DNA from: Bacteroidota bacterium
GTDB lineage: Bacteria; Bacteroidota; Ignavibacteria; Palsa-1295
Reading direction: 5' to 3'
Length of the DNA: 64,000 bases
Assembly: GCA_018266755.1 (NCBI GenBank)
Contig: JAFDZW010000001.1
Location: 85,635-149,634, forward strand
Made by a program: the position numbers and the translations under genes. The notes under the pieces are model-generated. The model worked only from the letters and a program-made list of their open reading frames with translations, did not search any database and was not told the origin of the DNA. The first letter of the stretch is position 1; each line of letters starts with the position of its first letter. Of this stretch, positions 8,997-17,379 are shown one piece after another.

Positions 8997-10547
8997 ATGC
9001 CACCTAAACCGGCACGTACACCCCTCCTGAGAGCGATCCAGCGAATCGCCTCGCAAGTCCTTGAAAAGCAGCAACAGTCTCAAGATACTGGTGGACATAT
9101 TGTCAGCCGGCGCGCTTTTTTGGCAGGATCTGCGGCCCTAACAGCCGGTCTGCTCGTCGGTGACCAAGTAATACTTGGTGCCGGAAAATCCAACCCTCGA
9201 ATAGTTATTATTGGGGCGGGAATGGCAGGTCTTAATGTCGCCTGGACGTTGAAAAAGGCTGGGGTCGCCTCTACACTTTATGAGGCCTCTGGAAGGGCCG
9301 GGGGACGGATGATGTCCGTTAGTAATGCCCTCATTCCGGGAGTACGGACGGAATTTGGCGGGGAATTCATCGACACCAACCATCGAGATATACACTCGCT
9401 TGCTAGTGAATTTAGCTTAAAATTGCTCGATCGGCGGAATTCGGCGATAAACGAATTAATTCGGCAAGCCTATTTTATAGACGGAAAAGTATATTCGGAA
9501 GAAGATGTCGCCGAGGCACTCAGACCATTGCTGCCGACGCTGCAATCCCATGCATCGGTCCTGACATCTGTCCCTACCTTCGAAGCACCCGGTGCTGCCG
9601 AAATACTGGACAAGACCCCACTTTCCCGCTATCTGGCCGAACTCCGTTTGCCTAATTGGCTCTGGAAGCTTCTCGAAGCTGCGTTCGTCACGGAGTATGG
9701 GCTTGAATTGGGGAAACAGTCGGCCCTCAATTTGCTGATCACCATCCCCACCGTCAATGACGACGGGTCGGTATCGATGTTCGGCGACAGCGACGAACGC
9801 TATAAGATTGCCGGGGGCAATGCAAGACTCCCAGAAGCAATTGCATCGCGATTGAATTCCCAGATCCGCTATTCAAGTGTTCTGAAGTCCGTCAGTATGA
9901 AGGCGGGTCGGTATCAACTTGAATTCGTTACCTCCGGCGCCAGTCAAACGACCGAGGCCGACATCGTCGTCCTCGCGATCCCGTTTAGCGTCCTTCGAGG
10001 CGTGACGCTTGACCTGGACCTCCCGGATTGGAAAACCCGTGCGATCCGCGAGCTCCCATACGGGACGAACACGAAAGTTATGATGGGCTTTTCGCGTCGC
10101 ATCTGGCGCGAAAAGGGGTTCGTCGGCGAAGTCTTTAGCGACGAGCAATTTCAGCTTGCCTGGGACAATACCGAACTCGAGCATTCACCGGCTGGGGCCT
10201 TAACGATCTATACCGGCGGTGATGCAGGCGTTGAGGCGACGAAGATAAAGCTGCAGGTCCAAGTCGAGTCATATCTCGAATTGTTAGAGAAAATATTCCC
10301 CGGCATTTCAAACACTCGAAATTCAAAACAGGCGCGGATGAATTGGATCGACAATCCATTTTCAAAGGGGAGCTACGCCTCCTACGGCCCCGGACACTGG
10401 ACGTCCATTCGCGGGGCGGAATTCAAGCCGATCGGCAATCTGCATTTTGCAGGTGAACACTGCAGCCTCGATTTTCAAGGCTTTATGAATGGCGCCGCCG
10501 AAACCGGTCGGCGCGCTGCCGAGAATATTCTCGCTTCCCTGAAGTAA
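8997..10547 (+). CDS. Flavin-containing amine oxidase (FAD-dependent, Tat-exported)
   Basis: Dinucleotide-binding motif RIVIIGAGMAGLNVAWTL...EASGRAGGRM, amine-oxidase C-terminal region, and an N-terminal twin-arginine signal SRRAFLAGSAALTAGLLVG. Confidence 0.7.
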   Translation: MPPKPARTPLLRAIQRIASQVLEKQQQSQDTGGHIVSRRAFLAGSAALTAGLLVGDQVILGAGKSNPRIVIIGAGMAGLNVAWTLKKAGVASTLYEASGRAGGRMMSVSNALIPGVRTEFGGEFIDTNHRDIHSLASEFSLKLLDRRNSAINELIRQAYFIDGKVYSEEDVAEALRPLLPTLQSHASVLTSVPTFEAPGAAEILDKTPLSRYLAELRLPNWLWKLLEAAFVTEYGLELGKQSALNLLITIPTVNDDGSVSMFGDSDERYKIAGGNARLPEAIASRLNSQIRYSSVLKSVSMKAGRYQLEFVTSGASQTTEADIVVLAIPFSVLRGVTLDLDLPDWKTRAIRELPYGTNTKVMMGFSRRIWREKGFVGEVFSDEQFQLAWDNTELEHSPAGALTIYTGGDAGVEATKIKLQVQVESYLELLEKIFPGISNTRNSKQARMNWIDNPFSKGSYASYGPGHWTSIRGAEFKPIGNLHFAGEHCSLDFQGFMNGAAETGRRAAENILASLK

Positions 10548-10554
10548 CCCCAAC

Positions 10555-10733
10555 TACGGCGTCTTTTTCGACGAGCGGTTTACGTTGCGGATCAACATGC
10601 TCACGCCCCAAAGGATGAGCATTGCAGGGAAGATCACGTCCCAGAGCGGGAGGTCGACGCCGAATACATTACGAAGCAGGATCGTGCCGCCTACGACGAC
10701 GAGTAATATTCCCCAAAACAGACTACCGGACAT
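10555..10733 (-). CDS. Small 2-TM membrane protein, paralogous to the N-terminal membrane region of the adjacent LiaF-like protein
   Basis: 59 aa, below the track cutoff: MSGSLFWGILLVVVGGTILLRNVFGVDLPLWDVIFPAMLILWGVSMLIRN... This resembles residues 20-60 of ORF 10758-11327, the LiaI/LiaF-type transmembrane region. Confidence 0.4.
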
Positions 10734-10757
10734 AGATACAATCTCCTTTCTCTCGAG

Positions 10758-11327
10758 TTAGAACGTGGTGGTTGACGAAGTATCCGGGTAGATCTTCAGA
10801 TCACCGAAGACCACATCGCATCGAAGATCGACGAACGGCTCGCCCTCGCGGTAGCCGGGCGATGTGTAGCGGCGCTCGCCGAAGGTCACGAGGTTGCCGT
10901 CCGGCAGACGCCCGCTGCCGAAGGCAGACGATATTTTAATCTTCATCGGAGTGTTCGGGTTTACCGTCAACGTCGCGCTGGCAAAGACCGCATCGACATC
11001 GACACGCGTACCCGGCTTCGCATTGCGCAGGTCGTACTCCGTCTTGCCGAAGACCACGCTGTGCTTGCTGCCTCCGTTGACCGTCGTCTGCGTATGATTG
11101 AACAGCACCGTATTATCGTCATCGGCCGGCGATCCCTTCGACCCAATGAGCAGGCTCACACCCCACGAGATGATAATCACCGGGATGATCACCCCCATTA
11201 CAGGAATATCGAGCTTGAAGACATTCTTCAGGATCATGAGAATGCCGGCGAGGATCAGTATCCCGGCCCAATAGGTCTCGCGAAAGAGGAAATTCATGAT
11301 GATGTTGGTTTTTGCAAAGATACGCAT
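10758..11327 (-). CDS. LiaF-like cell-envelope stress protein (N-terminal 2-TM plus C-terminal DUF2154-like beta domain)
   Basis: N-terminal ILILAGILMILKNVFKLDIPVMGVIIPVIIISWGVSLLIG membrane region, followed by a beta-rich domain with the LiaF-type pattern (GDLKIY, VDVDAVFASATLTV). Confidence 0.5.
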   Translation of the reverse strand: MRIFAKTNIIMNFLFRETYWAGILILAGILMILKNVFKLDIPVMGVIIPVIIISWGVSLLIGSKGSPADDDNTVLFNHTQTTVNGGSKHSVVFGKTEYDLRNAKPGTRVDVDAVFASATLTVNPNTPMKIKISSAFGSGRLPDGNLVTFGERRYTSPGYREGEPFVDLRCDVVFGDLKIYPDTSSTTTF

Positions 11328-11396
11328 ACCCCGCCAAGATTGTAACAGCCCCGAACCCGCATTTCGCCCAATGTCCCATTTTCTTACTCCCCACCG

Positions 11397-11522
11397 CAGT
11401 AGGACGGACTCTCAGTCCGTCCATCTTCCCACACACCACAGTAGGACGGACTCTTAGTCCGTCCACCCTTCCCACACACCCAGTAGGACGGACTCTCAGT
11501 CCGTCCATCTCTCCCACACCAC
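11397..11522. repeat. Tandem array of three 42-bp units, each with a perfect 9-bp inverted repeat (GGACGGACT-CTC-AGTCCGTCC)
   Basis: Units start at about 11397, 11439 and 11481 and are near-identical, including the inter-palindrome portion (tcttcccacacacc). There are no unique spacers. Track ORFs 11119-11859(-) and 11312-11551(+) merely translate the repeats (VGRTLSPS x3). Confidence 0.8.
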
Positions 11523-11545
11523 CCACCTTGATCCTCGCCCCACAC

Positions 11546-11758
11546 CCATAGGTGCCCATCAACCCAGTCACCCCCCAGCTAACTAATTGATTTCCCGACA
11601 TATCACACAGCACACACCACCCAACCACCTCAAATTCCGGCTTCCTGCGACAACCACGATCCCGCCGCGCCAACGCACCCCCACCATAGGTGCCCATCAA
11701 CCCGGTCACCCCCCAGCTAACTAATTGATTTATCGACATATCACACAGCACACACACC
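11546..11758. repeat. Pair of ~75-80-bp direct repeats (ccataggtgcccatcaacccRgtcaccccccagctaactaattgattt..cgacatatcacacagcacacacc), period ~138 bp
   Basis: Copy A about 11546-11628 and copy B about 11684-11758, roughly 95% identical. The region is non-coding. Confidence 0.75.
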
Positions 11759-11992
11759 AACCCGCCAGAAACAGAAACGTCCGCCGAAGCGGACGTTTCT
11801 CTGACGATCTGTCTCCCGAGCGGGGGCGCATTATTCATACCACAAATATACGGAAACATGTCCTTTTTAGCAACAGGCTAAGTGATTATTTTAGAAATTT
11901 AACAAAAGAAGCACCTACCAATCAGCCTCCCTCTCCTTGAAATGAGCTTGTCCTGAGCTTGCCGAAGGAAGAGGGCCGGGGTGAGGTCAGCC

Positions 11993-12019
11993 CAGTAGGA
12001 CGGACTCTCAGTCCGTCCA
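11993..12019. repeat. Solitary fourth copy of the GGACGGACTCTCAGTCCGTCC palindromic element
   Basis: cagtaggacggactctcagtccgtcca is identical to the core of the tandem units at 11397-11522, about 470 bp downstream. Confidence 0.75.
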
Positions 12020-12151
12020 TCCTACCGACGACACACAATTCCCATGAGAAAGAGGTTGCGATGATCACAGTTCACATGCCTCCCAGCGGACGAAACGAAT
12101 TCGGCAATTCAGGGCAGAACCTTGATGCCCCATGGAAGGGGCTTGTCAACC

Positions 12152-12379
12152 CTATGCAAAGAAATCATCTTTATTCAAGCCCATCAGACGCAATAAGTTC
12201 TTTACCACGAACTCAGGGACGGGATCGATGTGGCTGGAAAATGTGAGGGGCCGGGTAAGGTCGCTTCTGGTCCAATGCTCATGCCCGCCCGTTGTTCGCG
12301 TGCACTTGCAACCCTGCTTTTTCAGGAATGCTCTGAGTTCGTCGGGAGAAATGTTCTTGAGTTTCCGCGTTGACATCAA
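12152..12379 (-). CDS. hicA: HicA-family mRNA interferase toxin
   Basis: 75 aa with the HicA/YcfA core (ELRAFLKKQGCKCTRTTGGHEHWTRSD...HIDPVPEFVVKNLLRLMGL). It overlaps the upstream hicB by 4 nt. Confidence 0.7.
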   Translation of the reverse strand: MMSTRKLKNISPDELRAFLKKQGCKCTRTTGGHEHWTRSDLTRPLTFSSHIDPVPEFVVKNLLRLMGLNKDDFFA

Positions 12380-12762
12380 GCATACTGCGGGATTCTTATT
12401 GGTTGGCGAATGACCGTATGCGGGACCGACTCAATGATCTGTTGAAAGTGCGGATTCCTCTCCTGAAGCGTTTCGAATGACGGCGGAAATGCTGTCTTCT
12501 TCGTCTTGCCGCTAATGCTCCACCCAAGTCTGGCAAGTTCTTCGAAGATCGTCTTCTTTGCCATAGTATAGCGAACAAACTCTTCGAGTGCGATCTTGAA
12601 TGATTCTAACGCCTCGGACTCCGTCTTGCCATAACCGGACATGTCCATCGCAGCAGAATAGACAATATACGTCCCGTCCTCCTGGAAGCTGATGAGGTTC
12701 AGATTCGTCTCGACCGCAACACCCTGTTCCTTGAACTGCGCGTTTACCCTGTAGTTGCTCAT
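12376..12762 (-). CDS. hicB: HicB-family antitoxin
   Basis: Start MSNYRVNAQFKE (ATG at 12762, internal to track ORF 12376-12828). HicB N-terminal UPF0150-like domain (ISFQEDGTYIVYSAAMDMSGYGKTESEALESFKIALEEF). Confidence 0.6.
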   Translation of the reverse strand: MSNYRVNAQFKEQGVAVETNLNLISFQEDGTYIVYSAAMDMSGYGKTESEALESFKIALEEFVRYTMAKKTIFEELARLGWSISGKTKKTAFPPSFETLQERNPHFQQIIESVPHTVIRQPIRIPQYA

Positions 12763-12901
12763 TGAGCCCTTCGATAGAGATTGCTTACTGATAACAAGGT
12801 GATTTTTGGAATTGTGCCGACAGCACACCCAAGGCCCACCGAGGCGCTGTACTTGCAGCCCAGGGTTTAGGCCGCAGGCCTAAACCCTGGGTCAAGTTAG
12901 A

Positions 12902-14170
12902 TCAGAAGGGGATGATGTCTTTGATCCGGTCCAAAGGAAATTCCTTTCCAAAATACAGATAGTAGCTTGGGGAAAGCAGCGAATTCCCGTAGACCTCTCC
13001 CCCTAGCTTCAGGCCATACTTCAATTCCATCACGCGGAACCTGACCTGGTAGAACCACGACTTCGGGTCGAAGTTGATGCTGTAGTTGTTGAGGCTTCCG
13101 TCGAAGTCGGTAGACTCGATATAGTCGGTGCCGCTTTGCCAACAGTAACCGGTTACTGCTGTGATCTTGCAAGCGACATCGGCAGTCGATAGATCCAAGA
13201 GCAGACCGACCCCAAGCTCGATCTGCGAAAACCGTGAAGTATATCTGTTTTCAAGCTGGCGTTTGCGCCCAACGATCGTGTCCTTCCCGAATACGTCAAT
13301 GCTGTCGAGGAGGACGAAGTTGGCAGTCGAGCTGGAGGTATACGTGCGGTAGCCGAGATGTGGAAACGTTAAGTACACACCTTTAGCGAGCCCCTCGAGC
13401 AGGTTCAACGCTATGTTGTTCTCGGAAGATGTTGAGCTACGCGAGACTGTGCTGGGAAGGGCGTACCAAACATCGGAGTTTGCACCTGAAGTAGTATCGA
13501 AATGACGTACGTTCACGAAGTATGAATCCCGAAGCAGGTCCCTCTGGAGTGAGTCAGCTGACTTGGTTTGGACTTTTCCCGCCGTAGAGACCACCCAACC
13601 ATCGACTCCCATGGACGTGCTAACTCCGAGAATAGGCAATGCAACGTCTTTCCAGACGATCGGCATATAGAATGTGCCTTCAACGTAGGGAGAGGACACA
13701 GAAACGCTCTTGTTCGCAAAATCGAGTGCGCCTCCCACCGTAATAGCTCCGATCGACGCACGATACTCCGACTCCTTTAGATCGGCATTCTTGTCCACAA
13801 GTTCGACGAGCTCCTGGTCGATTGCTTTGCCCGAATTATCTCGAAGAACGAGCATGAACTTGGTGTTCAATTTTGCCTTGCCTTTGATCGTGAGCGGCAG
13901 CGAGTACTCCATCGCTCCGTTCGCTTTGGCGATGACCACCGATGCAGGAGGTGAGAACGCAAAGTCCACGTCGGGTTTTGCATCCACCGGAAGTGCCGCT
14001 ATATTCAGAGTATCATCCGTACTTTGGCTCGAAGGCGCAACGAACCGGATCATGATGGTCCGGTCTGTGTCTGCGACAGCGACCGGTAGTGTTCGTTGTT
14101 GGAAGTGGATACCCTGTGCTTTCACCGAGCCCGCCGCCGCAAGGAGAATCATCAGATAGATGTGTTTCAT
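12902..14170 (-). CDS. Secreted hypothetical protein, probable outer-membrane beta-barrel
   Basis: Signal peptide MKHIYLMILLAAAGSVKAQG (ATG at 14170). Beta-rich with alternating hydrophobics and a C-terminal ...DIIPF ending in an aromatic residue. No family recognised. Confidence 0.45.
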   Translation of the reverse strand: MKHIYLMILLAAAGSVKAQGIHFQQRTLPVAVADTDRTIMIRFVAPSSQSTDDTLNIAALPVDAKPDVDFAFSPPASVVIAKANGAMEYSLPLTIKGKAKLNTKFMLVLRDNSGKAIDQELVELVDKNADLKESEYRASIGAITVGGALDFANKSVSVSSPYVEGTFYMPIVWKDVALPILGVSTSMGVDGWVVSTAGKVQTKSADSLQRDLLRDSYFVNVRHFDTTSGANSDVWYALPSTVSRSSTSSENNIALNLLEGLAKGVYLTFPHLGYRTYTSSSTANFVLLDSIDVFGKDTIVGRKRQLENRYTSRFSQIELGVGLLLDLSTADVACKITAVTGYCWQSGTDYIESTDFDGSLNNYSINFDPKSWFYQVRFRVMELKYGLKLGGEVYGNSLLSPSYYLYFGKEFPLDRIKDIIPF

Positions 14171-14207
14171 AGTAAGTGATGTGATTGTTGATGACAAAAC
14201 GAAAAAA

Positions 14208-17200
14208 CTACTCCATCCTCAACCCCGCGATCTCCTTCACCGCTTTCACCGTTTCGAGGCTGACCGTGATGACTTGTTTGATGAGGCGTAGGATATAGCC
14301 CTCGTCATCCTCGCGGTTCGGGTCGTTGGTGATGCCGCTGCGTTTGTCGGTCGAGACTTGGTATTGGTCGATCACCCACTCGAGCGCGCTGCGGTTACCG
14401 AGTTTGTAGTCGAACACTTCCGGCGGGATGCCGCGCAGCGTCAGGTCGGCGTTGTAGATGAGCGACGCTTTGTCTTTCGTCAGCTTCATCTTCTCCACCC
14501 GCAGGTTCAGGACCGAACCCTTGCGCCACTCTTCTTCGAGGTCGAACTCCTTCGCAGACTCGTAGTTCACGTGCAGATCGGCAAGATGCTTGCCAAGCTC
14601 CGAGATCCGGAAAAAGTCCGGCGAGATCGGCACGCGCGGTAACTCCCGGCGCAAGTTCGCCGCATACTTCGTCCGATACTCAGGATGATGCAGAATGCCG
14701 TAGATGTAATAGAAGATGTCCCACTTCGTGACCTCCTTCTTGGTCTTCAGCTTTGTTTTGAATTGCTCAAGCGCCCAATCGGTGATGTTCTCTTTTCTGT
14801 TGGTGCCATCTTCGTTGTAGGTGTAAAACGCGAAGCACTGGCTATTTGGAGTTAGCTGTACATCCGGCAAGATGTTTGTCGCGAGCGCCGAGAAAGGCGA
14901 ACTCATTCCAATGCCGTGCAGACTTATCACAAGATTTTCCTTCTCCGATTCCGGGGTAGGCAATATCCGTGTAAACTGGTAGGTTCGCTCTATTAATGCC
15001 TTCTCAAAGTAGACGAATTGACGTTCAAAGGGCCTCTGTAGTACCACCCGGACATTTTCATCATCAACAATCAGCTGCTTACCTTTGCGCAATTTGTTCT
15101 TAAGGCCCTCGCTCCACGCAATCTTCCTGTCATCATAGTCAGTTGTGGGATCAAGTTCTAGCCGCTTTCCAGCATTAGCGAGCTTGATCAAGTGACGATT
15201 GAACTCATCGGTGAGCGTTGTAACATTCTTGAGTAATGCGCCTTCGTCGAAATTATATATCCATTGATCCCGATTTGTCTTTATTCCACTCGAGTAAATC
15301 TTGAAGATGGTACCACTACCACCAGCCGCCTTGCCTTCCTTAGTCCCCATCGCTAGGAGGCTGTCAAACCCTTCAATCATTCCGGCTGTCAACCAATTCC
15401 CTTTAGCACTTGGCTCCAAACGTTGCCAATCAATGCCCGTGACGTCAACTGCAGTGCTCAGAGCAGAATACTTTTCGCTCTTGCGAGCGAATTCATCAGT
15501 CCTCGAGTAATAAATTGACGCTGTTGTGCCCTTCTTATGAGACTTCCGCCGGACAAGGATATTTATGCTAACGCCTACCTGGATCCCAAATACGTTATGC
15601 GTTGTGCCCGACAGTTTAGGGTTCTTGCGGACATTCCCTCCGAGGTTGAAAATAAATATCTCATCAAACTCTTCAGATAGCTGCTTCCGCATGCCATCGA
15701 AAGCGACATCTTCAAGAAAGCTAGAATTTGAAACGAAAGAGATGACGCCCTCTCCATTAGCTATAACTCTGTCGCTCGCAAAGCGAAATGCCTTTACATA
15801 TGGATCAGAAAGTGCAATCTTGTTCGTTGCCCGACTTTCCTTTGAGTAAGATTCTGATACACGCTTGTCAATAACCGGATACTTACGATTCTTATTGTTA
15901 TCGTTCTCATTCACTTGGCCTGCATTGTATGGTGGATTGCCAACAATGACAAAGATTGGTGATTGCTTCTGGCGTTTGACGCGCTCCGTATTTTCTGTAG
16001 AGAACAGGGCTCCCTGGTCCGGCTCCGCAAGCTCGAACGTATCCACCAGACAGATCCCTTCGAACGCCTCATACTTCCCGACCTCGGAGTAGTACTCGTG
16101 CTCGATGTTCATGCTTGCGATGTAATAGGGCAGGAGCATGACCTCGTTGCAGTGGAGTTCGTTCTTGTATTTATGAGGTAATGCGGTGCGCTTGATCTCG
16201 CGCATGATGCGCATGATGAAGTTGCCGGTCCCGACGAAGGGGTCGAGGATATGGACGTTCTTATCCGAGAGCGAGCGGTCGAACTCGGTCTTGAGGATAT
16301 GCTCGACCGAGCGCACCATAAAATCGACGATGGGCTGCGGCGTATAGACGATGCCGTGCGTATCCGCGACCTTCACCGCGAAGCCCTGGAAGAACTTCTC
16401 ATAGACGGTGTTCAGGAAGTGCTGCTTCTGGCTCCAGTCGGTGATGGATTTCGCGCGATTTTCGAGCGCGACATAGAAATGATCGAGCGGCGCGAAGAAC
16501 TGATGGCGGTTGAAGCTCTGCGAAGTGAGGGCGTCGATGACGGTCTCTATCTCGGCGGCGATGACGTTGCGGCGCAGGAACTCGGCGTTATCGAACACCG
16601 ACGAGAATATGCGCGACGTGAGCAAGTGCTGGACCAGCATTTCCTCAATCGCAGGATCGGCAAGGTTCGGGTTGATCGAAGCACGGCAGAGCTCGGCGAA
16701 GGTCTTGAATGCCTCTTTGAAGCGAGTATTTGTTTTCTTCTCCTCCTCGATCATCGAGATAAGCTTCTCGGCTGATTCCGGGATGCGCTGTTTGAACTGC
16801 GCGACGAGTTCTTCCCAATCGGCCTGTTCGTCGGCCTTGTAGCCGAAGAACGTTTCGAGGCATGCGACGAGGCGTTCGGGCTGGGTCAGGTCGTAGGTAT
16901 CGACGAGGATGCCGTCCTGGTACAGTACAGCAAGATCAGGTTGCTGAAACAGAATGTTACTCTTGGGGTAGCCCTTTTCAAACTTCGCTTTGATCTCCTT
17001 TTTCAGATCATCTTGCGTGTCCTTTGCTTCCCAGAAACCCATGGGGGTCGTCATGGCATCAGTCAACGCACCGTCAACCGAACCCTTGTTCTTATTCGCG
17101 AGTGTGATCGTATATTCTTCGGTGAGCGTCCATTTCAGCTTCTTGGCGTAAAAGGAGAGCAGGTCGGCGAATGCCCCGCGTACAGAGGTCTCTTTGGTTA

Positions 17201-17276
17201 CGCCGTTCTTCGAGTAGATCGCGAGCGCAGCGTAGTAATTCTTAATGGGCTTATGGGACGGCTTGATGTCGAGCAT
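14208..17276 (-). CDS. Single-polypeptide type IIG/IIL restriction-modification enzyme (MmeI/PglX-like N6-adenine DNA methyltransferase with N-terminal nuclease-like region and C-terminal specificity domain)
   Basis: 1022 aa. SAM motif I ILDPFVGTGNF, catalytic motif IV VIVGNPPYNAGQ, and a C-terminal region with ILHHPEYRTKYAANLRRELPRVPI, the conserved block shared by MmeI-family and BREX PglX proteins. No separate restriction or specificity genes and no other BREX genes nearby. Confidence 0.6.
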   Translation of the reverse strand: MLDIKPSHKPIKNYYAALAIYSKNGVTKETSVRGAFADLLSFYAKKLKWTLTEEYTITLANKNKGSVDGALTDAMTTPMGFWEAKDTQDDLKKEIKAKFEKGYPKSNILFQQPDLAVLYQDGILVDTYDLTQPERLVACLETFFGYKADEQADWEELVAQFKQRIPESAEKLISMIEEEKKTNTRFKEAFKTFAELCRASINPNLADPAIEEMLVQHLLTSRIFSSVFDNAEFLRRNVIAAEIETVIDALTSQSFNRHQFFAPLDHFYVALENRAKSITDWSQKQHFLNTVYEKFFQGFAVKVADTHGIVYTPQPIVDFMVRSVEHILKTEFDRSLSDKNVHILDPFVGTGNFIMRIMREIKRTALPHKYKNELHCNEVMLLPYYIASMNIEHEYYSEVGKYEAFEGICLVDTFELAEPDQGALFSTENTERVKRQKQSPIFVIVGNPPYNAGQVNENDNNKNRKYPVIDKRVSESYSKESRATNKIALSDPYVKAFRFASDRVIANGEGVISFVSNSSFLEDVAFDGMRKQLSEEFDEIFIFNLGGNVRKNPKLSGTTHNVFGIQVGVSINILVRRKSHKKGTTASIYYSRTDEFARKSEKYSALSTAVDVTGIDWQRLEPSAKGNWLTAGMIEGFDSLLAMGTKEGKAAGGSGTIFKIYSSGIKTNRDQWIYNFDEGALLKNVTTLTDEFNRHLIKLANAGKRLELDPTTDYDDRKIAWSEGLKNKLRKGKQLIVDDENVRVVLQRPFERQFVYFEKALIERTYQFTRILPTPESEKENLVISLHGIGMSSPFSALATNILPDVQLTPNSQCFAFYTYNEDGTNRKENITDWALEQFKTKLKTKKEVTKWDIFYYIYGILHHPEYRTKYAANLRRELPRVPISPDFFRISELGKHLADLHVNYESAKEFDLEEEWRKGSVLNLRVEKMKLTKDKASLIYNADLTLRGIPPEVFDYKLGNRSALEWVIDQYQVSTDKRSGITNDPNREDDEGYILRLIKQVITVSLETVKAVKEIAGLRME

Positions 17277-17379
17277 AATGGGTACAAATATAAGTTACGG
17301 CGGGAGAATGCTTATCAATATACGGGGTAGAGGGCGTAGCGATCAGGCCGGGAGTTCGGCTACGGAGGGAAAACGAGAG

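Noticed and set aside
11397-11522. Possible CRISPR array (regularly spaced palindromic repeats)
   Set aside because: The inter-palindrome segments are themselves nearly identical (no unique spacers), the period is 42 bp with only three units, and no cas genes are nearby. It is a tandem REP-like repeat, not CRISPR.
11119-11859. Track ORFs 11119-11859(-) and 11312-11551(+), with repeated VGRTLSPS/GLRVRPT peptide motifs
   Set aside because: They are translations of the 42-bp tandem repeat and direct repeats in an otherwise non-coding, repeat-dense interval. There is no start context or protein-like composition.
14208-17276. BREX system (PglX-like methyltransferase)
   Set aside because: Only the methyltransferase-like gene is present. 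No brxA/brxB/brxC/pglZ/brxL homologues occur within 10 kb on either side. It is better explained as a stand-alone type IIG/IIL enzyme.
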